DNA from: a virus
Lineage: Duplodnaviria > Heunggongvirae > Uroviricota > Caudoviricetes
IMG/VR virus record: IMGVR_UViG_2778261460_000003
Reading direction: 5' to 3' (one strand)
DNA length: 35,738 bases
Below the pieces are notes generated by a model. That model was not told the origin of the DNA, did not search any database, and worked only from the letters and a program-made list of their open reading frames with translations. Positions 1-8,687 of this stretch are shown here, piece by piece. How positions within the stretch are numbered: the stretch's first letter is position 1; each line of letters begins with the position of its first letter. The position numbers were made by a program, and so were the translations under genes.

Positions 1-141
1 TTACTGCTTACACTGTAAGAACGCCGCAAACTCCGCTCCCCAGAAGCTCATCCGTATTTCGCACAGTGAACCGTGCAGCATCCAGATGATGAGGATTGCC
101 GTCACGCAGAACGTGATGGCCGTAAGCGATTTTTGCGACAT
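1..141 (-). CDS. Hok/Gef-family type I toxin-like small membrane protein (46 aa)
   Basis: Reverse complement of 1-141 reads MSQKSLTAITFCVTAILIIWMLHGSLCEIRMSFWGAEFAAFLQCKQ: one hydrophobic helix then the SLCEIR...AAF motif typical of Hok/Gef. AAGGAG about 8 nt upstream of the ATG. Absent from the ORF track (under 60 aa). Confidence 0.55.
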   Translation of the reverse strand: MSQKSLTAITFCVTAILIIWMLHGSLCEIRMSFWGAEFAAFLQCKQ

Positions 142-331
142 AGCACTTGCTCCTTTTCTGGAGAGGCGCTAACCTTTCACTTGTCAAGGTAATGCGGTTA
201 GGGCCTCGGTTAAACAGGTATGTTTTCCGGGGCCTTTCCACATCTGGCCTTCGGGTATTCCCTCCGACCATCAGCCGAAAGGCACCCGCGCGTAATCTAT
301 CGCTTTTTTGTTACTCCGGCAATTCTGCCTG

Positions 332-592
332 TTAATTCTGAGGTAAAGGCAAGCTCATCTGATTGTTTCCCCTGTGTGAAGCTGGCAGCTCATGCCACGG
401 GATACCTTCTGAAGAGTGAACGCCGGAGGCGTGTTTCGATGTGAATTTATGGAAAGCTTCCAGTGTTGAGAAGCATACGCCGCATTCCAGGTTGTTACAC
501 TGGTAATACTTTTGCCGCACAGTGTTTGAATCATTTTCCGGACGACTGGTGCGGATGCGGGCAGATGCGCCACAAAGCGGACAACGGAACAT
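332..592 (-). CDS. ogr: Ogr/Delta-family zinc-finger late transcription activator
   Basis: N-terminus MFRCPLCG..ARIRTSR..YYQCNNLECG matches the P2 Ogr Cys4 zinc-finger pattern (MFHCPLC...ARTSR...YHQCQNVNCS). Expected position at the prophage end next to attR. Confidence 0.8.
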   Translation of the reverse strand: MFRCPLCGASARIRTSRPENDSNTVRQKYYQCNNLECGVCFSTLEAFHKFTSKHASGVHSSEGIPWHELPASHRGNNQMSLPLPQN

Positions 593-768
593 AGCGACCT
601 CCCTAACGTGGTGCTGCCGCTATTCTAAGTTGTATAAGTTGAGATTCCAACTAACAGCCTGCTTTGAACGATGTTATGATGCATATCTGTGTATTAGTGC
701 ACGGTAGAAACTGTGGTTATCAATTAAAACAAGCAGAAATTATTCTTTCATCTGGAAATGGATAAAAA

Positions 769-1593
769 ATGACTGACTTTAAATATCAATCTGATAGTTA
801 TGATAGACAATCACAAAAATTTGTTATTCCGCTCTACATACGAAATGAACTAGGCGATTATAATTATTCATCGACTGGAACGTTTATATATTACAAGCAA
901 TCACACTATGTGGTTTTTGCTGCTCATGCTCTGAGGGATAAAGATGACATCAGAAATATTTACATACTGGGTTCTGATGGTGAATTTTTTGCTTTGACTA
1001 GTATCTCTATAGGACATCGAATTTTTGAAGAAGATGATTTAGTCATTGTCGATTGCTTTAATATGATACTTGATGGGAAAAATTATTTCTCGCTTAAAGA
1101 TAATTTCAATTTTATTGGATTTGATAAGAAACATTTTGCATGGACAGGCTTCCCTAAAAACTGGTGCAAAACACAAACAATTCACAGAACAAAACGCCCT
1201 GGTTCAATAGTAAATCAAACGGTAGCTTCTAACGAAGATGGCCTGTTTTTTAAAAATGCCAAGTATTTCACTATAATATCCGAGGTTAAAACATTCAATA
1301 AAATTGAAATAACAGGAACATACAAGGTTAAGAATATAGATTTAAAATATAAAGGACAGGTAAGTAAAGGCCCTTCTCCAGAGGGAATGAGTGGTGGTGC
1401 AATGTATTTTTTCTCTAAGGGGCAAGAATTAAAAAAAGAACTGGAGTCAACATTTCTTTTGGCTGGAATTGGTTTGTCTTTTAAAAAAGATGGAACAATA
1501 GTGGGAATTAGCCGTTATCGTATGATTGAGCTATTTGAACAGTTTAATGAAGAATCACCTATAGAGTGTTCTCTTCATTTTCAACAAGAATAA
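769..1593 (+). CDS. Hypothetical cargo protein with chymotrypsin-fold serine-peptidase-like motifs (274 aa)
   Basis: Long ORF in a visibly AT-rich island. Motifs VVFAAHAL (His, about aa 53), DDLVIVD (Asp, about aa 95) and GMSGGAMY (Ser, about aa 208) resemble the TAAHC / DIAL / GDSGGP triad of S1 peptidases with similar spacing. No signal peptide evident. Followed by a hairpin terminator. Confidence 0.6.
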   Translation: MTDFKYQSDSYDRQSQKFVIPLYIRNELGDYNYSSTGTFIYYKQSHYVVFAAHALRDKDDIRNIYILGSDGEFFALTSISIGHRIFEEDDLVIVDCFNMILDGKNYFSLKDNFNFIGFDKKHFAWTGFPKNWCKTQTIHRTKRPGSIVNQTVASNEDGLFFKNAKYFTIISEVKTFNKIEITGTYKVKNIDLKYKGQVSKGPSPEGMSGGAMYFFSKGQELKKELESTFLLAGIGLSFKKDGTIVGISRYRMIELFEQFNEESPIECSLHFQQE

Positions 1594-1619
1594 TCCCTGT
1601 GCTCCAATTATACAAAATC

Positions 1620-1649
1620 ACAGCCTCTGTATGAGGCTGTTTCATTTTT
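1620..1649. terminator. Hairpin terminator between the convergent cargo gene and gene D (likely bidirectional)
   Basis: ACAGCCTC-tgtat-GAGGCTGT stem-loop followed by TTCATTTTT on the plus strand; the minus-strand side has GATTTTGT. Confidence 0.5.
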
Positions 1650-1809
1650 AACTATTAATTCTTCAATGTGCATAAGCACTATTTAAATGAGCCAAGAAGA
1701 ATATGCTACTAGCTAACAACTCACTATTTAGCATAGAGCCAATTGTTAGATTAAAATCTGGAGATAAGTGTGCCAGCTTGAGTCTGGGTCAATACGTCTA
1801 AATTACTCA

Positions 1810-2907
1810 CTATGTTTCTGCTATCCATTCCGGGATTTTTGCTTCAAGCTCAAGCTGTGTGGTAAAGCCGCTGTTATCAATGGTGTGCTCGGCTTTTGCA
1901 ATAATCCAGTCCTGATTATCAATCTCGCTTTTAAATCCTGTTACCGTGCCATGCATTTCGGGGTAGAGTTCTGCGCGTCCACGCGCCAGCGTGATGGAGA
2001 ATGATGCGGCTCCGCGTTGTAGCTGCTGCCACTTTGCCGCTGCTGCACGTCTTGCTGCCTGCTCGTTCTGATAAGTCTTGCGTAACACAAACACGTTGCC
2101 TTCCGCACCTTCCATATAATCGCCTTCCCGACTGCTGCTTTTCTCCTTTTTCGGTTTGCGGCGTTTCACGCTGACTTTTTTCTTTTTCCCGTAATTAAGA
2201 TCAAGCCAGTAAGCGCGTACCCCCGTATACGCTTCGCGGTCAGCAATGCGGAACTGATGGCGATCGCCACTGCTGCGCGTGATGGCGAACGATGGCAACG
2301 GCTGGCCCTGTGCGTTCACGCCACCGCCTGGCATGATGAATAACAGATTACCGCTTTTTACCGTGGTGATTGCGCCCAACATTTCCGCCATGCGCGTAAG
2401 GAAGGACATGTCGCTTTCTTCGGTCTGGTCGGCGTGGTCGATTTCGATATCCATCAGCATTTCGCTGATTTGCGGTTTCAGACCGTACCGATGAGCGATG
2501 GCGGATACCACACGCTCAACGGTCACATCATGCCAGGACACCTCACGTTTAACGTTAAATTCATCCCGAAAATCTGCGCTTCTGGCTGAAACAGTCAGCC
2601 TGTCCGGCGGTCCTTCGTGAGCGATTTCATCAACAATGTAAGTGCCTTTTTCTGTCAGCGGTTCTCCTTTCCAGCCAATGAGAACCGTCAGGCGCGCGCC
2701 CCGTGGCGGTAGCTGCAACTGACCATCCGCATCATCCAGCGTGATGGTGAGCTGGTCCGCCTCAAATCCCCGGTTGTCGGTCAGTGACAGGCTCATCAGG
2801 CGCTCTGCCACGCCTGACAGCGTTTTACCCTCCGCGAGAATATCAAAATCCGGCATTTTCACGGGGTCTGTGCCCTGACTGAGCAATTGCATGGTGGTGT
2901 CGGTCAT
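1810..2907 (-). CDS. D: Tail protein / late control gene D family (gpD)
   Basis: Translation has the gpD-like architecture. Start placed at MTDTTMQ (2907), preceded by a GGGAGGGAG RBS; the track's longer N-terminal extension is rejected. Confidence 0.8.
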   Translation of the reverse strand: MTDTTMQLLSQGTDPVKMPDFDILAEGKTLSGVAERLMSLSLTDNRGFEADQLTITLDDADGQLQLPPRGARLTVLIGWKGEPLTEKGTYIVDEIAHEGPPDRLTVSARSADFRDEFNVKREVSWHDVTVERVVSAIAHRYGLKPQISEMLMDIEIDHADQTEESDMSFLTRMAEMLGAITTVKSGNLLFIMPGGGVNAQGQPLPSFAITRSSGDRHQFRIADREAYTGVRAYWLDLNYGKKKKVSVKRRKPKKEKSSSREGDYMEGAEGNVFVLRKTYQNEQAARRAAAAKWQQLQRGAASFSITLARGRAELYPEMHGTVTGFKSEIDNQDWIIAKAEHTIDNSGFTTQLELEAKIPEWIAET

Positions 2908-2960
2908 CTGCTCCCTCCCTGTGTGGCATGGTCGCATGTGCGTGCGGAGGGGGTTACTGC

Positions 2961-3000
2961 TTTTTGTTGTCGCCGTGGCGGGAGAATGGCGCAGGGGTGA
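2961..3000 (+). promoter_or_regulatory. Putative Ogr-dependent late promoter upstream of FI
   Basis: Motif CTTTTTGTTGT-N12-AGA...GCAGGGGTGA; the same motif recurs upstream of gene P at 20782-20820. Resembles the TGT-N12-ACA activator site of P2 late promoters (remembered consensus). Confidence 0.35.
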
Positions 3001-3064
3001 GATTACGCGCGTGGTGGGTGATGATTGTTGCCGAATCATTTAACGGATACAAGGGGCTGAAGCT

Positions 3065-4249
3065 ATGAGTGAAACTCGTTTTCATGGTGCCCGTGTTACG
3101 GAAAATACCGACCTGGTAACAGCGATTAACGATGTTGATTCCAGTGTTATCGGTATCGTGGCAACGGCGGATGATGCGGACGCGAAGCTGTTCCCGCTGA
3201 ACAAGCCAACACTGCTGACCCGCGTCAATGACGTGCTGGGAAAATGCGGGACAACGGGGACGCTTTATCGTGCGCTTAAGGCCATCGCAGACCAGGTGAG
3301 CACAAAGGTGATCGTCGTTCGCGTGGCTGAACACAAAGAAGAAGACGGAAAGACGCAGGATCAACTGGTTATCGGTGGTTCTGAGGATGACGGCAGCTAT
3401 ACGGGGATGTATGCGCTGCTTGTTGCAGAGCAGGATGAAAGCATCGGATACCGTCCGCGTATTCTGGCCGCGCCGGAGCTGGACACGGAGGCTGTAACAA
3501 AATCCCTGTGCGTGATTGCAGGTAAACTGCGCGCGTTTGTGTATGCCTCATGTCACGGCTGTAACACGATGGCTGAGGCGATTACCTACCGCCAGAAATT
3601 CAACGAACGTGAGGTGATGCTCTTATGGCCGGACTTCATCGCCTACAACCCGAAAAGTGGCAAAAACGAAACGTTCCCCGCGCCTGCCTATGCGTGCGGC
3701 CTTCGTGCGTACATTGACCATGAGCAGGGATGGCACAAATCACTGTCCAACGTTCCGGTTAAAAATGTGCTGGGGATGTCGAGGCATGTGTTCTGGTCGT
3801 TGCAGGCCGAAGACAGCGATGCCAACAGCCTCAACAACAAAGAAATCACGACCATTATTCGTCGCAACGGGTTCCGCTTCTGGGGCAACCGCACACCGGA
3901 AACGAACGCCTACATCTTTGAGGTGTATACCCGAACCGCACAGGTGCTGGCTGATTCAATTGCGGAAGCGCAGTTTGAAACCATCGACAGTCCACTGACG
4001 CCTGCGAACGTGAAGGATGTTATCAGCGCCATCAGGGCAAAACTGGATTCGCTGGTTACTGCCGGGAAACTGATTGGCGCGGAGTGCTGGTATGACGTGG
4101 TGGATAACGGCACCACGGATTTACGTCAGGGGCGTGTGCGTATTCGCTACAAATATACGCCCGTTCCCCCGCTGGAAGACATGGAGCTTTACCAGACGTT
4201 TACTGATGAATTCTTTGGTCCCGCATTTGCGGTGCTGGGAGGTGCCTGA
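3065..4249 (+). CDS. FI: Contractile tail sheath protein (gpFI)
   Basis: 394 aa; followed by the tube gene with TGATG stop/start overlap; P2 FI-like size and position. Confidence 0.9.
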   Translation: MSETRFHGARVTENTDLVTAINDVDSSVIGIVATADDADAKLFPLNKPTLLTRVNDVLGKCGTTGTLYRALKAIADQVSTKVIVVRVAEHKEEDGKTQDQLVIGGSEDDGSYTGMYALLVAEQDESIGYRPRILAAPELDTEAVTKSLCVIAGKLRAFVYASCHGCNTMAEAITYRQKFNEREVMLLWPDFIAYNPKSGKNETFPAPAYACGLRAYIDHEQGWHKSLSNVPVKNVLGMSRHVFWSLQAEDSDANSLNNKEITTIIRRNGFRFWGNRTPETNAYIFEVYTRTAQVLADSIAEAQFETIDSPLTPANVKDVISAIRAKLDSLVTAGKLIGAECWYDVVDNGTTDLRQGRVRIRYKYTPVPPLEDMELYQTFTDEFFGPAFAVLGGA

Positions 4250-4761
4250 TGGCTGTACCAAAACATCTTCGCTTTTTTACGTTGTTTGTGGATGGTGAAA
4301 ACGAAGTGGGTAAAGTGACATCCGTCACGCCGCCCAAACTGACGCGCAAAACCGACAGTTATCGTGGTGGTGGCATGATGGGGGCGGTAAGTATTGATCT
4401 CGGTCTGGACGACTCCGCGCTTGATGCGAGCTTTGTCATGGGTGGAGCTGTTCGTGCACTGTTCCTTAAGTATGGCGGCACGATTGACGGCACGCTGCTG
4501 CGTTTTGCGGGTGAATATTACACCGATGCAGAAAGCGATCTGTATGAAATCGAGATGCGTGGGCGTGTGACGGAAATTGATATGGGGGAGGCCAAACAGG
4601 GCGAGGCCACATCACACACATACGCTGTCAAAAACACCTACTACAAGCTGAGTGTTAACGATCGCCCGCTGTGGGAAATCGACCTGTTGAACCACATCTA
4701 CCGGAAGGACGGCAAGGACATTGTGCCTGACCGCATTCGCTCCGCGCTTGGGCTTGGCTGA
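4249..4761 (+). CDS. FII: Tail tube protein (gpFII)
   Basis: 170 aa; start overlaps the FI stop; canonical FI-FII pair. Confidence 0.9.
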   Translation: MAVPKHLRFFTLFVDGENEVGKVTSVTPPKLTRKTDSYRGGGMMGAVSIDLGLDDSALDASFVMGGAVRALFLKYGGTIDGTLLRFAGEYYTDAESDLYEIEMRGRVTEIDMGEAKQGEATSHTYAVKNTYYKLSVNDRPLWEIDLLNHIYRKDGKDIVPDRIRSALGLG

Positions 4762-4816
4762 TAAGTAATATGCAGGCGACGCAGTGCGTCGCCTCTGACT
4801 GAAAAGGAGACAACTG

Positions 4817-5191
4817 ATGAAAGACATCGATACTGAAACCCGGAATAACACCGTAGCGGATGATGTGACGGCAGGTGAGGATATGGCTGTCGAACGTGGT
4901 GTAAAACTTTCCCGGCCAATTGAGCGTGGTGCCGAAAAAATCACATATGTGGAAATCACCGGGGCTATTGAGCAGGCGGGATCCCTGCGTGGTCTGTCGC
5001 TGTCTGATGTGCTGAATCTGAAAGCGGATACCATGTTCACGCTGTTGCCTCGCGTGACCTCGCCACGACTGGATGAAGTGATGATTAAAAAAATGTCGTC
5101 ACGCGATTTTATTCAGTTGTGCGCTGTGGCTGTAAATTTTATGAGCGAGCCAGACTCTGGCGCGAAGAGCGTGCAGGAGACGGCAGCGTAA
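4817..5191 (+). CDS. E: Tail assembly chaperone gpE (zero-frame product)
   Basis: Small ORF between tube and tape-measure genes; its 3' part overlaps a -1 frame ORF that runs into the start of T. Confidence 0.7.
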   Translation: MKDIDTETRNNTVADDVTAGEDMAVERGVKLSRPIERGAEKITYVEITGAIEQAGSLRGLSLSDVLNLKADTMFTLLPRVTSPRLDEVMIKKMSSRDFIQLCAVAVNFMSEPDSGAKSVQETAA

Positions 5192-5355
5192 TCACCCTGG
5201 TGTGCTTTGAGCACATCGAAGAGCTGGTGGCGGATATTGCCGCCATTTTTAACTGGTCGCCCGCCGAAATCTTCATGATGACGCCCGGCGAAGTGGTTAG
5301 CTGGCGTGAGCGGGCGGCACTTCGCAGCGGGAATGCAGATAATGAAGACTCTTGA
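4817..5355 (+). CDS. gpE+E' fusion via programmed -1 frameshift (putative slip at the A7 run 5087-5093)
   Basis: The -1 frame is open from 5089 to a stop at 5355 and overlaps the T start, as E' does in P2-like phages. The only homopolymer slip candidate in the permitted window is ATT AAA AAA ATG. Confidence 0.45.
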
Positions 5356-8149
5356 CATCCGGGTCGCTTTCAGCGCCGTTGACAGGCTGACCCGGCCTGC
5401 CGAAAACGCCCGCCGCCTGATGGGGCAGTTTGGTGACTCCATCCAGCGAACGCAGGGGGCGATCAAAAATCTCGAGCGTCAGGCGCGTTCATTTGAGCGC
5501 GCCCGCGACGCTGTCAGTAAAGCGGATGCGGGTATCGTGAAAGCACGACGCCAGCTTAACGCCCTTAATCAGTTACAACGCACGGGTACAGTGCTCAGCG
5601 AAAAACAACAAAAGCTGATGCAGCAGTTAAGCACCCGGCTTGAACGCCTGAATGAATCGCGCACACGGGAAATTCAGAAAATGCGGGAGCTTGGCGGAGA
5701 GCTGAAACGCCACGGCATTTCCCTGACAGGCAGCGATAACACCATCCAGCAGGCCATCAGACGCACCGAACAGTACAACAACCAGCTTGAACGCGAACGG
5801 CAGGCGCTTGCGCGTGTAACGCGGGCGCGTGAGCGGTATTCGCGCGCGCAGGAAACAGCGGGAAAACTGAAAACAGGTGGTGCGCTGGCAATTGGTGCGG
5901 CAGCGGCGGGCGGCTATGCTGCCGGGCGTTTTTTGCAGCCTGCGATCGGGTTCGGGAAAGAGATGTCCCGCGTTCAGGCACTGACGCGAATCGACAAAAA
6001 CAGCCCGCAGTTTAAGGCGCTGCGTGAGCAGGCGTTAAAACTTGGCTCTGAAACGCAGTTCACCGCAGGCGATGCCGCCAGTGGGCAGGCATTTCTTGCA
6101 ATGGCTGGCTTCACACCACAGGCCATTCAGGCTGCGCTCCCTGGCGTACTGAGCATGGCAACGGCTGGCGGTATGGACCTCGGTGAGACGGCGGATATTG
6201 GCTCAAATATTCTGACGCAGTTCGGTCTTTCTGCTGACCAGATGGACCGGGTCGGCGACACACTCACCGCAGCGTTTACCCGTACCAACACTGACCTTCG
6301 CGCACTGGGTGAAACCATGAAATATGCAGGTCCGGTGGCGGGTAAGCTGGGAATATCGCTGGAGCAGGCCGCAGCGATGGCGGGCGTGCTGGCGAATATG
6401 GGTATCAGGGGGAGTGATGCTGGTACGGCAATGCGTGCCAGCCTGGCTCGTCTGGCATCACCGCCAAAGGCGGCAGCAGAGGCGCTGAAAGAGCTTGGCG
6501 TGTCTGTCTCGGATGCCGGGGGCAAAATGCGCCCGATGGAGGATGTGCTGGCTGACCTTTATAAAGCTACCCGCAAATACGGGGAAGTTGACCGGGTATC
6601 GTTCTTTAAGGACATTGCCGGAGAAGAGGCTTTCACATCATTTATGGCCCTCGTTGATGCGGCAGGTGACGGCTCCTTACCCAAACTGAGAAAAGAACTT
6701 GAAGGCGCGCGCGGTGAGGCTGAACGCACGGCAAAGGTTATGGCCAACAACCTTGACGGCGATCTGAAATCACTCAGCAGTGCATGGGAAGGGTTGCGCA
6801 TCCGCATTGCAGATCTGATTGACGGTCCGCTGCGTTCTGTCACGCAGTGGCTCACGCGTGTGGTATCAAAGGTGACGGCGCTGGCGCAGGCCCATCCCGC
6901 ACTGACGCGCCAGCTACTGATTGCAGGCGGTGCACTGCTGGCAATGACTGCAACGGTTGGCTCGTTGTCGCTGGCTATTGGTGTGCTTGCTGGTCCGCTG
7001 GCAAAACTGCGTCTTGTTTTTTCCCTCCTGACCGGATCAATGAATGCTGTCAGGGTTCTGCCAGCACTATGGGGAATGGTGACGGGTTCCGTTTCGTTAC
7101 TGGGGGGCGCTATCGGGGCGTTGTTCAGTCCGGTCGGTCTTATCGTGGCTGCGCTTGCCGGAGCTGCCGTTCTCATCTGGAAATACTGGGATCCCATCAG
7201 GGCATTTTTTGCCGGGGTGTTCAGCGGGATTATGGAAAGGCTGACCCCGTTGCGCGAAACCTTTGAACGGTTTGGTCCTGTTTTTGACGCAATCGGAAGC
7301 GGGATCAGCCAGGTGTTTAACTGGTTTAAATCGCTGTTGTCACCGATGGAGTCCAGCAAGGAAACGCTGGATAAATGTACCAGTGCTGGCGAGGTATTCG
7401 GTAACGTTCTTGGCGGTGCGTTACAACTTGTTCTGACACCTGCAAAAATGCTACTGGATACGCTGGCGTGGATACTTGAAAAACTTGGCGTCCTTCCGGA
7501 TGAAGCGGAAAGGGCGCGCAAGAAAATCGAAGACGCACAGCGTGCGGCCATTCTTCAGGACAAGGTTGCCTTACTTCAGGGGGACCTGGCGAAAATCAAT
7601 CCGCCGAAGCCTGTGGAAAATGGCAATGGCACCGGAGGTGATAAACCCAAAGACAACAAACCGCTCACAGACAGCAATACCGGGACGCTACGCAGACTCA
7701 GCAAAATTGCTGATAACACAGGTAAGCTGGTTGATGAGACGAAAAAACGCATTGGCCCCGGCGATATTGTCTTTAAGAACTTGCCCCGCGCACTTGCTGT
7801 TCGTGGGGAGTGGCAGGAGCGGAAGATTGCACAGGTCAGAAAGCCTGCCCCCGCAATTAATATCACCCCCGTGGTCCCGGCTCCGCTGCCTCCGGCGCTG
7901 GTCCCTGTTGTTGCGGCCAGCTCCCACCCGGTGGCGGAGGCCATACGATCTCCAGTGGCATCAGTTCCTGTAACTTCCCGTAACCGGGAGCCTGTTGCCT
8001 CCGGATTTGGTGGTGAAATTCATGTTCATCTGCATAACGTTGTTACGCAGAATCCCCGCGAACTGGCGAAACTGGTCGGTGAAATGGTCAGGGCAGAAAT
8101 GGAACGGCGCGCCCGTGCCGGGCGTGGCAGTTTTTACGATAAAGATTGA
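5306..8149 (+). CDS. T: Tail tape measure protein (gpT)
   Basis: 947-aa ORF with a coiled-coil-like N-terminal region (runs of R/Q/E/L), a central Gly/Ala-rich hydrophobic segment and a Pro/Ala-rich C-terminus; located after E/E'. Start could be 5306, 5333 or 5342. Confidence 0.85.
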   Translation: MSGRHFAAGMQIMKTLDIRVAFSAVDRLTRPAENARRLMGQFGDSIQRTQGAIKNLERQARSFERARDAVSKADAGIVKARRQLNALNQLQRTGTVLSEKQQKLMQQLSTRLERLNESRTREIQKMRELGGELKRHGISLTGSDNTIQQAIRRTEQYNNQLERERQALARVTRARERYSRAQETAGKLKTGGALAIGAAAAGGYAAGRFLQPAIGFGKEMSRVQALTRIDKNSPQFKALREQALKLGSETQFTAGDAASGQAFLAMAGFTPQAIQAALPGVLSMATAGGMDLGETADIGSNILTQFGLSADQMDRVGDTLTAAFTRTNTDLRALGETMKYAGPVAGKLGISLEQAAAMAGVLANMGIRGSDAGTAMRASLARLASPPKAAAEALKELGVSVSDAGGKMRPMEDVLADLYKATRKYGEVDRVSFFKDIAGEEAFTSFMALVDAAGDGSLPKLRKELEGARGEAERTAKVMANNLDGDLKSLSSAWEGLRIRIADLIDGPLRSVTQWLTRVVSKVTALAQAHPALTRQLLIAGGALLAMTATVGSLSLAIGVLAGPLAKLRLVFSLLTGSMNAVRVLPALWGMVTGSVSLLGGAIGALFSPVGLIVAALAGAAVLIWKYWDPIRAFFAGVFSGIMERLTPLRETFERFGPVFDAIGSGISQVFNWFKSLLSPMESSKETLDKCTSAGEVFGNVLGGALQLVLTPAKMLLDTLAWILEKLGVLPDEAERARKKIEDAQRAAILQDKVALLQGDLAKINPPKPVENGNGTGGDKPKDNKPLTDSNTGTLRRLSKIADNTGKLVDETKKRIGPGDIVFKNLPRALAVRGEWQERKIAQVRKPAPAINITPVVPAPLPPALVPVVAASSHPVAEAIRSPVASVPVTSRNREPVASGFGGEIHVHLHNVVTQNPRELAKLVGEMVRAEMERRARAGRGSFYDKD

Positions 8150-8155
8150 GGAGTC

Positions 8156-8650
8156 ATGGCCATGATGATGATCTACGGCATGTTTGTTTTTGAGCTGCGC
8201 ACATTGCCGCATCAGCAGTTACAGCAAAACAAAAGCTGGCGGCATGTGAAAAATGAACGCGTTAACCGTTCAGCAAGCTGGCAGTATATCGGCGCAGGTG
8301 ATGATCGCATCGTGCTTTCCGGCGTGCTTTATCCTGAAATTACAGGTGGCGAAGTGTCGCTTTCGTTGCTGACCACGCAGGCATATACAGGACGCCCCTG
8401 GCCTCTGATTGATGGTGTCGGGCAGATTTACGGCATGTATGTCCTGACCGGAACGAATACGACCCGCTCCGAGTTTGATCGCTACGGTAAGGCGAAAAAG
8501 ATAGAATTTTCACTGACTCTTGAACGCTGTGATGAGGATTTGCGGGAGCGCCTGCAATCCTCATCGTTCAGTGATATGCTGTCCGGCTTCAAAGATAAGG
8601 TCACATCATCCCTTAACAGCGCGGCCAGCTCCGTTAAAGGGCTGTTTTGA
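8156..8650 (+). CDS. U: Tail protein gpU
   Basis: 164-aa ORF immediately after T; size and position match P2 U. Confidence 0.8.
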   Translation: MAMMMIYGMFVFELRTLPHQQLQQNKSWRHVKNERVNRSASWQYIGAGDDRIVLSGVLYPEITGGEVSLSLLTTQAYTGRPWPLIDGVGQIYGMYVLTGTNTTRSEFDRYGKAKKIEFSLTLERCDEDLRERLQSSSFSDMLSGFKDKVTSSLNSAASSVKGLF

Positions 8651-8657
8651 TTAACGC

Positions 8658-8687
8658 AAAACCGCTAATGGTCAGATTAGCGGTTTT
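8658..8687. terminator. Bidirectional rho-independent terminator between convergent U and the invertase
   Basis: Perfect 12-bp stem AAAACCGCTAAT / ATTAGCGGTTTT with a 6-nt loop; T-runs on both strands; the stem includes the invertase stop codon. Confidence 0.55.

Noticed and set aside
147-444. Plus-strand ORFs 147..335 and 220..444
   Set aside because: Overlap the ogr 3' end and the junction / hok-leader region; no RBS; more likely non-coding.
1810-3039. Track ORF extending gene D by 44 N-terminal residues (MIRQQSSPTT...)
   Set aside because: The extension is low-complexity and Arg/Thr-rich with no RBS; the internal ATG at 2907 has a strong GGGAGGGAG RBS and gives a D-sized protein.
5757-7551. 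Several minus-strand ORFs inside the tape-measure gene (5757..5981, 6127..6525, 6559..7551)
   Set aside because: Antisense shadow ORFs of a long GC-rich gene; Ala/Ser/Pro/Arg-rich, no RBS, no synteny support.
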